Positions 22,112 through 34,300 of a stretch of 64,000 bases of DNA are shown here, piece after piece (position 1 is the first letter of the stretch; every line of letters begins with the position of its first letter). Both the position numbers and the translations under genes were made by a program. The DNA comes from Balanoglossus misakiensis (taxonomy: Eukaryota; Animalia; Hemichordata): NCBI GenBank assembly GCA_040954595.2, contig CM082588.2, positions 10,958,844-11,022,843 on the forward strand, in the 5' to 3' direction. A model generated the notes under the pieces. That model saw only the letters and a program-made list of their open reading frames with translations. It ran no database searches and had not been told where the DNA came from.

Positions 22112-23130
22112 CTGATTTTATTTTTATTTCAGATCACTGCCAAACTATCCAAGCCTTAGACGCTCAAATCGCTATCTCAATGAGGTCAGCATTAGCGGAA
22201 GGAACTCGTCGGAATTTGTCGTCACAGTTGAAGAGTTACTTCCTGTTTTGTCAGTTTTTCAATTTTACTCCTGTTCCAGCATCTGTTCTTACAGTGTGTA
22301 GATTTATCCAGTTTCTTGCAAGATCAGTAACTGCTACTGGCACCATTCAGAATTATTTGTACGCAATTCGTACCTTGCATAGAATCCATGGCTTCACGCC
22401 ATTGGCCGCTGATCAGTATGTTGTCAAATTACTTTTGAAATGTCTTTCCCGTAGCACTTTCCAGCCAGTGAGGCAGAAATTACCCATCACCCCCCAGTTG
22501 TTGCTACAGTTTTTCGGGCTTCTAGATGTGGCTGTTCCATTCGATGTTACTTTGTGGGCATGCCTTTTGATAGGGTTTTTCTCCTTTTTTCGCAAGTCAA
22601 ATCTTGTTCCGAAGTCTGCAACCGACTTTGATCCGGCTAAACACCTCTGTAGGGGTAAAGTCATTTCCTCAGATTCTGGCCTTATAATCGGCGTGACTTG
22701 GTCAAAAACCATTCAGTTTCGCGAACGCTGTTTGACTATTCCACTTGCCCACATTCCAGGTTCGGTGTTGTGCCCTTTACAGGCATACAATCACATGTGT
22801 GAGATCATCCCAGCCCCACCCTCTAGCCCAGCATTTGTTTTTCCCAAATGTGGCAAATTTGTCCCCTTGACCCATTCAGGGCTGGTGAAAAGTATCAAAT
22901 GTTTAGTTCAGAGGGCAGGCTTTCCTGCTGACATGTACTCAGGTCACAGCCTCCGTCGTGGGGGTGCAACCTTTGCATTCGAAAGTGGGGTCCCTGGGGA
23001 GCTTATCAAACTCCAAGGGGATTGGCAATCCAGCGCGTATCTCCGTTATCTTAACATTCCATTTCAGACTCGTTATCTGGTGTCCTTTCAAATGGGTCAG
23101 CATCTTAAAGACATCTCCGCGTCACACTGA
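22105..23130 (+). CDS. Ngaro unit 3 tyrosine recombinase (intact)
   Basis: 341-codon frame with R-K-HxxR-W-Y residues. Splice acceptor at 22132. Confidence 0.94.
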   Translation: MVTDFIFISDHCQTIQALDAQIAISMRSALAEGTRRNLSSQLKSYFLFCQFFNFTPVPASVLTVCRFIQFLARSVTATGTIQNYLYAIRTLHRIHGFTPLAADQYVVKLLLKCLSRSTFQPVRQKLPITPQLLLQFFGLLDVAVPFDVTLWACLLIGFFSFFRKSNLVPKSATDFDPAKHLCRGKVISSDSGLIIGVTWSKTIQFRERCLTIPLAHIPGSVLCPLQAYNHMCEIIPAPPSSPAFVFPKCGKFVPLTHSGLVKSIKCLVQRAGFPADMYSGHSLRRGGATFAFESGVPGELIKLQGDWQSSAYLRYLNIPFQTRYLVSFQMGQHLKDISASH

Positions 23131-23280
23131 TTTTACTGTGGCACTAGCAGAGAGGCGGACCGGGTTTGGCAGTGGTTGGGCCTGCAAGAGCCCCCAGTTC
23201 ACGTAAATAAATAATGGCTCTTGCCTTCAGCTGCCAAACCTGTGTCCTTGGTTTGTGTGTTAGAGAGATCTCAAGTAATT

Positions 23281-23698
23281 TAGGTAACATTGCGATCAAC
23301 GGCATAATGTTACCCAATTAAGCAACTCGAAAAGGGGCGCCCTCAACCTCAAACGAGCCTCAAAAATCCCATAATCCATCACTCACGACCACTTCAAGGG
23401 TTCTGAGCGTGTCCTGCAATGCTCGCTCTCTCTGCCTCAATTTCCCCACCCGCCCGCCCTCAACAAATAAGATGTGTATTTGCAGATTTACAGTGGTTCT
23501 CTGGTCAATACTGTACTTCACGATTGTAACCTTTTTCATCCATGTATTTTGCAATGGTCCTTTCATCATTGCGAGTTGTTATTCCCAGTTGTGTTGGGCC
23601 TGCAAGAGCACCCAGTTCACGTAAATAAATAATGGCTCTTGCCTTCAGCTGCCAAACCTGTGTCCTTGTTTTGTGTGTTAGAGAGATCTCAAATAATT
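23281..23698 (+). repeat. Ngaro 3' terminal module A2 (23281-23444), unique 148-bp spacer, B2 (23593-23698)
   Basis: A2 and B2 each differ from the internal A and B copies at a few positions. The spacer occurs only once in the array. Confidence 0.9.
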
Positions 23699-26402
23699 GG
23701 GGAAAATCATTAAAAAATGACAAATTATCGACTTTGCAAAATCTCACAATTTCGTCGATTTTTGAAAAAAACCATTGGGGGAAAATCATCAAAAAATGAC
23801 AAATTATCGACTTTGCAAAATCTCAACATTTCGTCGATTTTTGAAAAAAATCATGGGTGAAAATCATCAAAAAATGACAAATTTTCGACTTTGCAAAATC
23901 TCAAAATTTCGTCGATTTTGAAAAAAATCATAGGTTCGTCGATTTAAAAAAAAAAACATGGGGGAAAATCATCAAAAAATGACAAATTTTCGACTTTGCA
24001 AAATCTCACAATTTCGTCGATTTTTGAAAAAAATCATGGGAGAAAATCATCAAAAAATGACAAATTTTCGACTTTGCAAAATCTCAACATTTCGTCGATT
24101 TTTGAAAAAAATCATAGGTGAAAATCATCAAAAAATGACAAATTTTTGACTGAAAAATCTCAACATTTCGTCGATTTTTGAAAAAAATCATGGATGAAAA
24201 TCATCAAAAAATGACAAATTTTCGACTTTGCAAAATCTCAACATTTCGTCGATTTTTGAAAAAAATCTTGGGTGAAAATCATCAAAAAATGACAAATTTT
24301 CGACTTTGCAAAATCTCAACATTTCGTCGATTTTTGAAAAAAATCATGGGTGAAAATCATCAAAAAATGACAAATTTTCGACTTTGCAAAATCTCAAAAT
24401 TTCGTCAATTTTTGAAAAAATCATGGGTGAAAATCATCAAAAAATGACAAAATTTTCGACTTTGCAAAATCTCAAAATTTCGTCGATTTTGAAAAAAATC
24501 ATAGGTTCGTCTTTTTTTTAAAAAAAAAACATGGATGAAAATCATCAAAAAATGACAAATTTTTGACTTTGCAAAATCTCACAATTTCGTCGATTTTTGA
24601 AAAAAATCATGGGTGAAAATCATCAAAAAATGACAAATTTTCGACTTTGCAAATTCTCAAAATTTCGTCGATTTTAAAAAAAAACATGGGGGAAAATCAT
24701 CAAAAAATGACAAATTATCGACTTTGCAAAATCTCACAATTTCGTCGATTTTTGAAAAAAATCATGGGTGAAAATCATCAAAAAATGACAAATTTTCGAC
24801 TTTGCAAAATCTCAACATTTCGTCGATTTTTGAAAAAAATCATGGGTGAAAATCATCAAAAAATGACAAATTTTCGACTTTGCAAAATCTCAAAATTTCG
24901 TCCATTTTTGAAAAAAAATCATGGGTAAAAATCATCAAAAAATGACAAATTTTCGTCTATGCAAAATCTCAAAATTTCGTCGGTTTTTGAAAAATAATAT
25001 GGTTGAAAATCATCAAAAAATGACAAAATTATCGACTTTGCAAAATCTCACAATTTCGTCGATTTTTGAAAAAAAATCATGGGTGAAAATCATCAAAAAA
25101 TGACAAATTTTCGACTTTGCAAAATCTCAAAATTTCGTCGATTTAAAAAAAAATCATAGGTTCGTCGATTTAAAAAAAAAACATGGGTGAAAATCATCAA
25201 AAAATGACAAATTTTCGACTTTGCAAAATCTCACAATTTCGTCGATTTTTGAAAAAAATCATGGGAGAAAATCATCAAAAAATGACAAATTTTCGACTTT
25301 GCAAAATCTCAACATTTCGTCGATTTTTGAAAAAAATCATTGGGGAAAATCATCAAAAAATGACAAATTTTCGACTTTGCAAAATCTCAAAATTTCGTCG
25401 ATTTTGAAAAAAAATCATAGGTTCGTCGTTTTTTTAAAAAAAAAACATGGGTGAAAATCATCAAAAAATGACAAATTTTTGACTTTGCAAAATCTCACAA
25501 TTTCGTCGATTTTTTAAAAAAATCATGGGTGAAAATCATCAAAAAATGACAAATTTTCGACTTTGCAAAATCTCAAAATTTCGTCCATTTTAAAAAAAAA
25601 ACATGGGGGAAAATCATCAAAAAATGACAAATTTTCGACTTTGCAAAATCTCAAAATTTCGTCGATTTTGAAAAAAACCATTGGGGGAAAATCATCAAAT
25701 AATGACAAATTATCGACTTTGCAAAATCTCACAATTTCGTCGATTTTTGAAAAAAATCATGTGTGAAAATCATCAAAAAATTACAAATTTTCGACTTTGC
25801 AAAATCTCAACATTTCGTCGATTTTTGAAAAAAATCATGGGTGAAAATAATCAAAAAATGACAAATTTTCGACTTTGCAAAATCTCAAAATTTCGTCCAT
25901 TTTAAAAAAAAAACATGGGGGAAAATCATCAAAAAATGACAAATTTTCGACTTTGCAAATTCTCAAAATTTCGTCGATTTTGAAAAAAACCATTGGGGGA
26001 AAATCAACAAAAAATGACAAATTATCGACTTTGCAAAATTTCACAATTTCGTCGATTTTTGAAAAAAATCATGGGTGAAAATCATCAAAAAATGACAAAT
26101 TTTCGACTTTGCAAAATCTCAACATTTCGTCGATTTTTGAAAAAAATCATGGGTGAAAATCATCAAAAAATGACAAATTTTCGACTTTGCAAAATCTCAA
26201 AATTTCGTCCATTTTTGAAAAAAAATCATGGGTTAAAATCATCAAAAAATGACAAATTTTCGTCTTTGCAAAATCTCAAAATTTCGTCCATTTAAAAAAA
26301 AAAACATGGGTGAAAATCATCAAAAAATGACAAATTTTCGACTGCAAAATTTCAAAATTTCGTCGGTTTTTGAAAAATAATATGGGTGAAAATCATCAAA
26401 AA
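23699..26402. repeat. 78-bp satellite, block 3
   Basis: Resumes GGGGAAAATCAT in register with block 2. Confidence 0.97.
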
Positions 26403-27136
26403 TAGCGTCAAGGACACTGTGGTCCCATTTAAACAGTGGAGTACGGAGATGAGGGGTGCCACAGTAGCAGAGGTAGGTAAGGCATCCAGTGTCTATTTTG
26501 CTGAATTGGGCAGCATACTGAAATTCAATGTTTAAGCACGAAAGAAGGGAGCAGGCAGTGTACGTTTTCTGTAGTTTAATTATAAATCATGTAAAGTAAT
26601 AAATATAACAATGGGAATGAGTTGTGTTGCATATAAATTGTTTTAAAGAAATGAAATTGAATGACGCAATAAAAAATGTAATGGAAGCAGTAAAAAATGT
26701 CAAAGTAAATAAAGAGAACAGTAACAAGTATAAATTATGTTGAATGGTACAAAATACTAAAGAAATGTTAAATATAAAATGTATCACTGAAGAACGTGTA
26801 AACTGAAATAAAAAAATCATTGGAAAAAATGTCTAATTAAATGAAGCAGTCAAAAATTGTCTAACCTAGGGGAAAAAAACAGTGAAAAATGTCAAATCAA
26901 GTAGAGAAATGTGAATGTCACATAAAAAAAAGGCAAGAAAGAAAATGACAAACTGAACAAATAACTAAAAGCATGTGAAATAAAAAGAATGTGTCACTAA
27001 AAAATGTCTTCAAGTGTAATAAAAAAAGCAGGGAAGGAAATGTTATAATGAATGAATGGAGGGAGCGCTGGTAAAGTGTGTAATCGGGAAAGGGTTGTGG
27101 AATGGAGAGCAAATGAAGGCAGTACGTTGAAAAACA

Positions 27137-29590
27137 CTAGTTTTTGAAAGTGGTGATGGTGTTGGCAGAGTTGGCCTTAAATTGGAGCTCGCGTCCATCG
27201 CAGATGTCGGTGACGGCGTCCTGCAGTTGTTTCTGGGTGGTGTTGACGGGGTTAATGGAGAATTTTCTGAGTAAATACTTGGTCTCCTTTGGGTAGATCT
27301 TGTATGTGTCAAGGTCATCACCGGTTTGTATTAAGAGGGAAAGTATTGTGCCTGGTCTGCAGGATGGGCTTTTATTCTTTCTGCAGAAACGACATCTGAA
27401 AGAAATGAGAAATAGGCAATGTTGAAGTTGGTGGAATAAATATGTTGATTGCTGGCTGATGTGGAAAGGGTGTAACATGCAGTAATGTGGAAGAATATAA
27501 GTATTGAAGTAAAGTTGAATAAGGGATGTTACGGATGTCATGTGAATATTTAGTTGTAAGGAAGCCAATTGGATTGTTGGGATATAAGGAAGAGATGTTA
27601 TTGAGTGGCTGTGCACTGGTAAATTTTTCCAGCGGAATGGCTTATGTCTGAAAATGGGACATTGCATGAAAAAACTGCTATGTATAGCTCAGCTGGTGTC
27701 TGCACACAAGGTATTGAGGGGCTGGTGGTAAGTGCGGATGAAGAGGAATTTTGGATTACCTGTTGCTGTCATTGAGAAATCCATTGCACCGAGGCGCATC
27801 TGCACATAAGAGAACTCTCTGTAGATTGGAGAGCCCTTGTAATGTCCCGGTTGTCCAGTTTGAGCTGTCATCGGAATCCGCCGATAAGGTGTCTGTAGTG
27901 TTTTGGTGTGATAGGGTTTCATGAGCCTGAAATAGAATTAGGGAAAGATTAGATTACCTGCGTGTGTTTTTGATAAATGAAGCTGTGGTTCGTGTGTCTG
28001 GAAATGTAGATGCTGAATTGGATGTTTGAAGAACTGAATAATGACAACAGCGGATAATATATGTTGTCTACTATTATGTTGAATAATGTAGCTCTGAGGA
28101 AGAAGCTTTGATTGCAAAACAAAGTACTGAACGCATTTGGAAAAGTGGAAACGAAAGTTTGGAATAGTATTGAAATGTTACTTGTGGATTCACTATATGT
28201 TGTCATGGGCAAAGAAAAAGAAATGTGAATATTGTAATGAATTGTTTGAGCAGGGAATACAGGAAAAACAGTGGACAGTTTCAGTATAGTCAAGTTGTTT
28301 GTAGTGAACATAATACCTGAAAACGAAAGGGGTGGTACCAGGACAATTTCCTGTTGGTATACACTGTATAGTGTATTGTATTGACTGATCAGTGAAGTAC
28401 TTACCGATACTGATATTGTGGTGGATTGCCTGGATGTGAGGCGGTTGTTGAACGAGGCAGCTTTCTTCACATTGGTAATAGTTATAACATCACCAGTGGT
28501 GAGCTCACACTTCGTAAGATCTCCCCATACGGTTAGTTTGTACACCCCTGAGCTGTCTCCAAATCCAATAGTTCTGCGTGGTAATTTGCCGTACCGGGTG
28601 TGGGTGGCTTTGGTGTTTTGAACCTAAAAGACAGAAGAAGTAATAAACAAATGGAAAACGGTAAAGAGTGTACCATGAGGTTTGTGAGATGAACGGTCGG
28701 GAAAAGGTGAGGTGGGGGTAGAAGTCAATAGGAAACGGACCTTTCTACCCTTCGAGGTCGATAGGGAACGGACCCCTCTCCTGTGCATCGAGGGATCTTC
28801 ACGACGTGGAATAGCATTGCATACGCGGTTGTTCGGTGTACGGTACGTGACCAGCTGTGGTGAAGGTCGTGTAACGTCGGGAAAACGAAGACGGTCATTG
28901 TATATATGGGTAACAGAGGAGTGAATGAAGTCAATAAAGCGTAAGCGAAATGTTCGTGATCTTGTGGAAAACACGACTACGTCAATTAAAGTAACGTGTT
29001 GGTGTTGATTTGTGGCAGAGTTTATTCGTGACAATGGAAGTGGGCGGGTAATCCGATTACGTGAGATTGTTGTTGGCCGCGAAATATCTAGGGCGAAAAT
29101 GGGTGAATTGTGAAATGAGTGAGCATTTTAAGTGTAAACTTACCCTTACTACAGTTCCTGATATGTTGTGATAATTGGTGTTGTCGGCAATTGCTGCGGC
29201 CATAGTGACAACAGCAGCAGTGGGTGCTTGCTCTGTCATGCGACAGCGAAGTCCGTGAGCCTCGGTTGCGACACTTTCAGGAATGTTGAGGTCCACCCTA
29301 TTAACAGCCAAGGTGGAGCCTTGGTTGATGGAAATCCCGTTGGAACGCACGTAAATTTTCGGACCAAGAAATAGTGTACTTCCTTCATTTGCTCTCAATA
29401 AAGACAACGTGTCTTCTCTGGTTGACCAGATATACAGAGTGGTGGCAGCGGTGTGGTCTGCCACCACAGCCCGTTTAAATTTTTCGTTGGTCGAGGTATT
29501 TTCATAGTAGATTAGTTTAACTTGAGTGGTAACATCGTGGTAGGTGTTGGTCTCTTTCTGGCTTAATTCTTTTAGTGTTGATTTTGGCAT
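27137..29590 (-). CDS. Helentron-borne RPA70-like ssDNA-binding protein, 4 coding exons (29590-29144, 28623-28405, 27926-27760, 27395-27137), 363 aa
   Basis: All introns are GT-AG and in phase (0,0,2), with no internal stops. OB-like segments RAVVADHTAATTLYIW and RRTIGFGDSSGVYKLTVWGD...GDVITITNV, and a C4 ribbon CADAPRC...RCRFC assembled across exons 3/4. Confidence 0.78.
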
Positions 29591-30904
29591 CTGTACGGAA
29601 GAAACAAAGGTGAAATTATAAGACTGTGGTTTCACGATCAGTGGTTGAATGTACATGATGGTGGAAACTATATCATCAAGGGGAAAACGCCAAACGAAAG
29701 GATTAATAGATTGGCATGTAGTTGCCACAAATCAGACGTGAGGGTCTCATCAGCGATCAGGTTTGCATTGAAAGTTTCAGAATGAAGAGTCTCTGGTAGT
29801 TGATGTTCAAATGAAATTACCAATTGTAATGTATCGAAGAATTCACACGGGTCACCAAAAACTTTGAAATGGGCGCAATGAGTGCTGTTAACTGGAGAAC
29901 AGTAGTACAAGCGTATTGTTGAAAATGAGACACGGCGGATGTTTGCGCCAATTGGCAAAACTTGTTCGTGTGTTGCGTCAGTTAACAGTTGCGAATGTGT
30001 GTACAGCTTTTTTGGGGGAAAACTGAACGACAGATTTTGTAATGTACGGAGAGCAGTGCATGGGCCGAGCTTTGCAGACGTAATTGTCTGGTTATGAATA
30101 TTCCAAAGAGAGCCAATTGGCGTACCGATATTTTGTTGACGTTGAACGAAACGACAGTGGGGTGGTAGGTCAAATGGTGGGGCTTTGAAATGTCCCGCGG
30201 TATTTGACCAATGGAGTTGGCTTTCACTGTAGATTAAGCACCCGTGAATTTTTCGTACACAGTGTGGCATAATGAACCAAAGCAAGGAAATAAAAAATAA
30301 AGTATAACTTACTGTGTGAGTGTGGTACTTGCGGTGAACTAGACTGTGTGGATATAGTCTGTGCGGCTTGTTGTTCTGGATGAAAAAGGTGGGAAAGTGT
30401 GGTACGATGACCGATGTGCGCTGGAAAGTTGAAAGCGACGCGATGTTGTAGTTTCAGGAGTCAGGGAGCGAATGCGGTGAGCTCGCAGAAGTGTATGAGT
30501 GGACTTTCCGAAGACGACGCGTGAAAAATTTAATAATTGACGGACACAATGGATTTGCACCAATAGTAATACACAGAAATTGCCGACAAAGACAGTTTCG
30601 CAAAGGAACACGTGTGTATTGTTTACAAATATGACGTAACCGCCAGCGTGCAGATGAAAACAGAACGTGTTTACATGTTCAAAGCCAAGGAAGTCGATTG
30701 CTCCAGGGTTCTGAAAAACATTTCCGGTTGTGCATGACCGACAGGATGTTTGTTCGTAATCTGTCAATGTGATGAGATGTGTACCACATGTTAGCAATAA
30801 AATGGTGCCGTTTTGGTGTATAGGGGGAGATACCGATTATGTAAATAAACTGGTAATGTGACAGGGCAGTTGTCATTGCAATGATGGACACAGTAATGTT
30901 GTTG

Positions 30905-31240
30905 TCAGGTTGTTTTCATTAAGTGTGACAGCAGCATGTATAGTTTTGACCAAATGTTTTTCAAGGTGCCACTTTTGATATGTGGTATATTGGCAAGTAT
31001 AAGAACTAATGCAAAATGGTAGTCTGTTGTTTCTTCATTAAGTTGTTGACATTTCAAAGTACCCATTGCTGTGGGTGGGCAAAGATATGTCACCATTGAA
31101 GTCCCCGATAATGAACACTGGTTTATTGACATAGATGAAATCTAGCAGTGGTGTACTGTCCTTTGTGAATGTTGTACGTTGGCATGTTGGTACTGACACT
31201 TGGTAATAATGGTTTGTGGTGTAGCAATAATTGCACATAT
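30905..31240 (-). pseudogene. Degenerate duplicate of the AP-endonuclease C-terminus
   Basis: Fragments KPVFIIGDFNGDISLP and CQQLNEETTDYHFALVLI...NIWS in two frames mirror KPILIMGDFNFDILLP and CRQLIKEETTDQHSALDLI...NSWS of the adjacent intact endonuclease. Confidence 0.7.
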
Positions 31241-31354
31241 TGACTCATACATGTATGTAATATGGGAAATAAGTGTATTTGAAATCTGCTGTTGTCATTT
31301 AATTCTTATGTGTTGTCTTTTATGATTATGTCTATAATCTAACACTGATTAATT

Positions 31355-34300
31355 TCAAGTGAATTGGCTGGGGTGAATGGCTGCATACACGGCCTTGTGA
31401 TCAGACCATGAGTTTTCTATTGTGTCATAGGTAGTTGTGAAGAAGTTAAGAAAAATTAAGTCCAGAGCAGAATGCTGATCAGTTGTTTCTTCCTTTATTA
31501 GTTGCCGACAGTTACAAATTGATGTCATAAAGTGGAGGAAAGCAGTACTGGTATTAGGTAGTAGAATGTCAAAATTAAAGTCACCCATTATTAATATTGG
31601 TTTTGTCAAATCTAGTAGTGGCAGGAGATACTGTTGAAATTGTTGTTTGAATGTGTGGATTGTGCACTGAGGGGATTTATAGATCATAATGATTTGAAGT
31701 AGTTTATTTTGAATTAGGATGTTGGCTTTTATAAATTCGAACACTTTTGTTGAATGGCACTTGATATGAATCACTTGATATGAATCTTTGACATACAATA
31801 CAAGACCATGATAGGGTCTTGTGAAATTTACAGCAGTGTTGTCAATATGCACATCTTGGTCATTCCTGAATAGTAGATAATTTGGGAGATTGTAGGCTTC
31901 ATTGGTATCATTAGTTGTTAATCTGGATTCAGCAATTCCGATAACATCAGCAGCAATTATATTGTGGTCACTGCATAAATCTGCAAAATGTTTATGGAGT
32001 GATCTAGCGTTTTGATATACTACTTTGCAGTGGTCATGAGGGAGGGCATATAATGGTTTGAAGCATAATTGAAGTTGGCTGTCATCACGGAGTCTTTTCA
32101 TTTCATTGTGAACTGCTTCAGATATTGCGATTTTATTTTTATTCAACTCCAGTATCTGAAGTCCACTTATTGTACGCACTCTACTTATTGCGACATAATG
32201 TATATGGTCAATTTTTCTTGTACCCATATGGATTATTACCTTATCAAGTGTATCACCCTGAGATTTGTGAATAGTTTTTGCAGCAGACGGTCTAAGTGGA
32301 AATTGAATTCTCATGACAGATACATGTTTGTAATATTTACTGGTAGGAAACTGGCGTTTAATGTCAAATATTGGAGTCAATTGTTTACCAATTTCTGGTT
32401 GATGCAAATGTTTGTATTTATGTCTTCTTAATAGACCAACATTTTTATCATCAAATTGAACCCAAATTATACTGGGGCGGTTGTTTGATGTTCCTGTCAT
32501 TCTGTGGTCTATTTGTTGCACTACACAACTGGCACCATTTGTCATACCATCCTCAACATCAACATTGGCAGTGAGATCATATCGCAGTCCAACAGCTATA
32601 GGTGCTTGTGATAATAAACCGCATGTTTTGGATGGATCTTTTGGAATGGTCTTCAAAAGCTGTGCTTTCACTTGTTGTGAGACATCACCAATAACTGTGT
32701 CCAGTGCTGGTACAACAAGTTTATGGGATGTAGCATTTTGGTAAACTTTATCATTATGTGACTCTACCATTGCATTGGTGGTGTATAAATGAGGAATGGA
32801 CTCGTTGAGTGGTTGATCATGAGATATTACATAGTTTTGCAATTCAGAAATATCTTCATCTGTGTGCCTCCCTTCTCTCAATCTATTCAATAGTTGAGCA
32901 AAGTCTTCATCATCTTTCTGTCTCATGATCTGTGTTAGTTCATGCATGGTGAAATGTTCTTTCCACAGATTAGTTGCTAATGGGCCATACTCTTTTGTTA
33001 GGTCTTTGAATATCCAGCCATCCATTACTGGTTTGAGTTGAAATAAATCACCAACAGTTATCATTGAAACACCACCAAATACTTGATTGTTACCTTTTAT
33101 TTGTTGAAGTCGGAGATTTATGAAATTTAAAAGCTCATGGCCTACCATGCTGATTTCATCAATGATTACAACTGATAAATGTTGATATTTACTTCGCAAA
33201 GTATTAAGTTTATCGCTATCCAGTGGTTTGTATTTATAACCTTGACTTGCAGGTACTTTGAAAGCTGCATGAATAGTACTACCATTGATATGATAGGCTG
33301 CTTTACCAGTTGGCGCACATAACAATAAACGACAGTCGAGTGGTGATTCACCAGCAATTGAACACAGATAGCGATGTAATGCCTGATATATTGCTCGGAT
33401 TACAACTGACTTTCCTGTACCAGCACCCCCTGTGATAAATATATGCATTGGATCATGATTTGTCTTGACTGATTTCAAAACATGATGAAATATTTCCCTT
33501 TGTTTTACATTGAGAGATCTCACAAGTTTGTGATATTGTTCATCAGGGATACGTCCTGGGACGTTGCTGGTGTCATCAGTGGTGACAGTCGTATTCATAC
33601 CAATGTCAACACCTATATCATAAGTGGTATGTTCTGGTTGGTCATCAGGTTGAAAGTATATGAAATGATCATTTGGTGTAGTAGTTCCTTCTTCTAGATC
33701 ATCTCTCTCAGCATGTTGCGTATTTGGAGCAATCTGATCAAATGCATTTAAATCATCATTATCAAGTTGCTCTGCAGCTGTAGTGGCTTGATCTATCAAC
33801 TCTGAATTATGTTCATACTTATCTATGGTTTGTGCAATAATGTGTTTGTTATGATTATAAGATTCTTGAAAGGTGGCACAACTGTTTAGAAGGTCAGAGC
33901 TTTCATTTCTCCATGGCATGTACAGCAACAATTTTTCACGACAGTAATTTTCATAGTCAACTTTCTTACTATAATTGACATAGCGTATTATACACGGATT
34001 TACACGTTCTTGTATTTTCATACCATTTTTGAGAATGATATTTATTTTACTTGTCATATTGTCAGATTCTGAGTCCACACCTAAATCAGGGTCATCATGA
34101 TCATCATCATTTATATCTTGTGGATAATTATCAGTGCATTTGGTTGAATATGTGACTCTAAGTTTAGATGCATAATCTGCAAGACACCAATTTTCTAATG
34201 CTTTTGGCCGTCTAGCATAACGTTTGATTAGATTGTCACTTTCTATGTCAGTAGATTCTGCTGGTGTATTTTCAAGGGCAGTTTTGCTTTTGAGCAGGAA

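Larger units (their letters stand above)
7058..23698 (+). mobile_element. Ngaro-type (DIRS order) tyrosine-recombinase retrotransposon, tandem trimer
   Basis: Gag-like, RT, RNase H and YR coding regions, no DAM methyltransferase after RNase H, and split direct repeats A (164 bp) and B (106 bp). Units: 7058-11966 (4909 bp), 11967-17623 and 17624-23280 (5657 bp each), then A2-spacer-B2. Inserted at satellite CATG|GGGGAAAATC without TSD. Confidence 0.93.

Noticed and set aside
7058-23698. LTR retrotransposon or prophage/integron interpretation
   Set aside because: No DDE integrase, protease, TG..CA LTRs or TSD. RT/RNase H plus YR with split direct repeats indicates the DIRS order, and lack of a methyltransferase argues for Ngaro rather than DIRS/PAT.
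29668-30891. ORFs of 205, 152, 81 and 70 aa between RepHel and the RPA-like gene
   Set aside because: No recognisable motifs; more consistent with promoter, 5' UTR and intron of the RPA-like gene.
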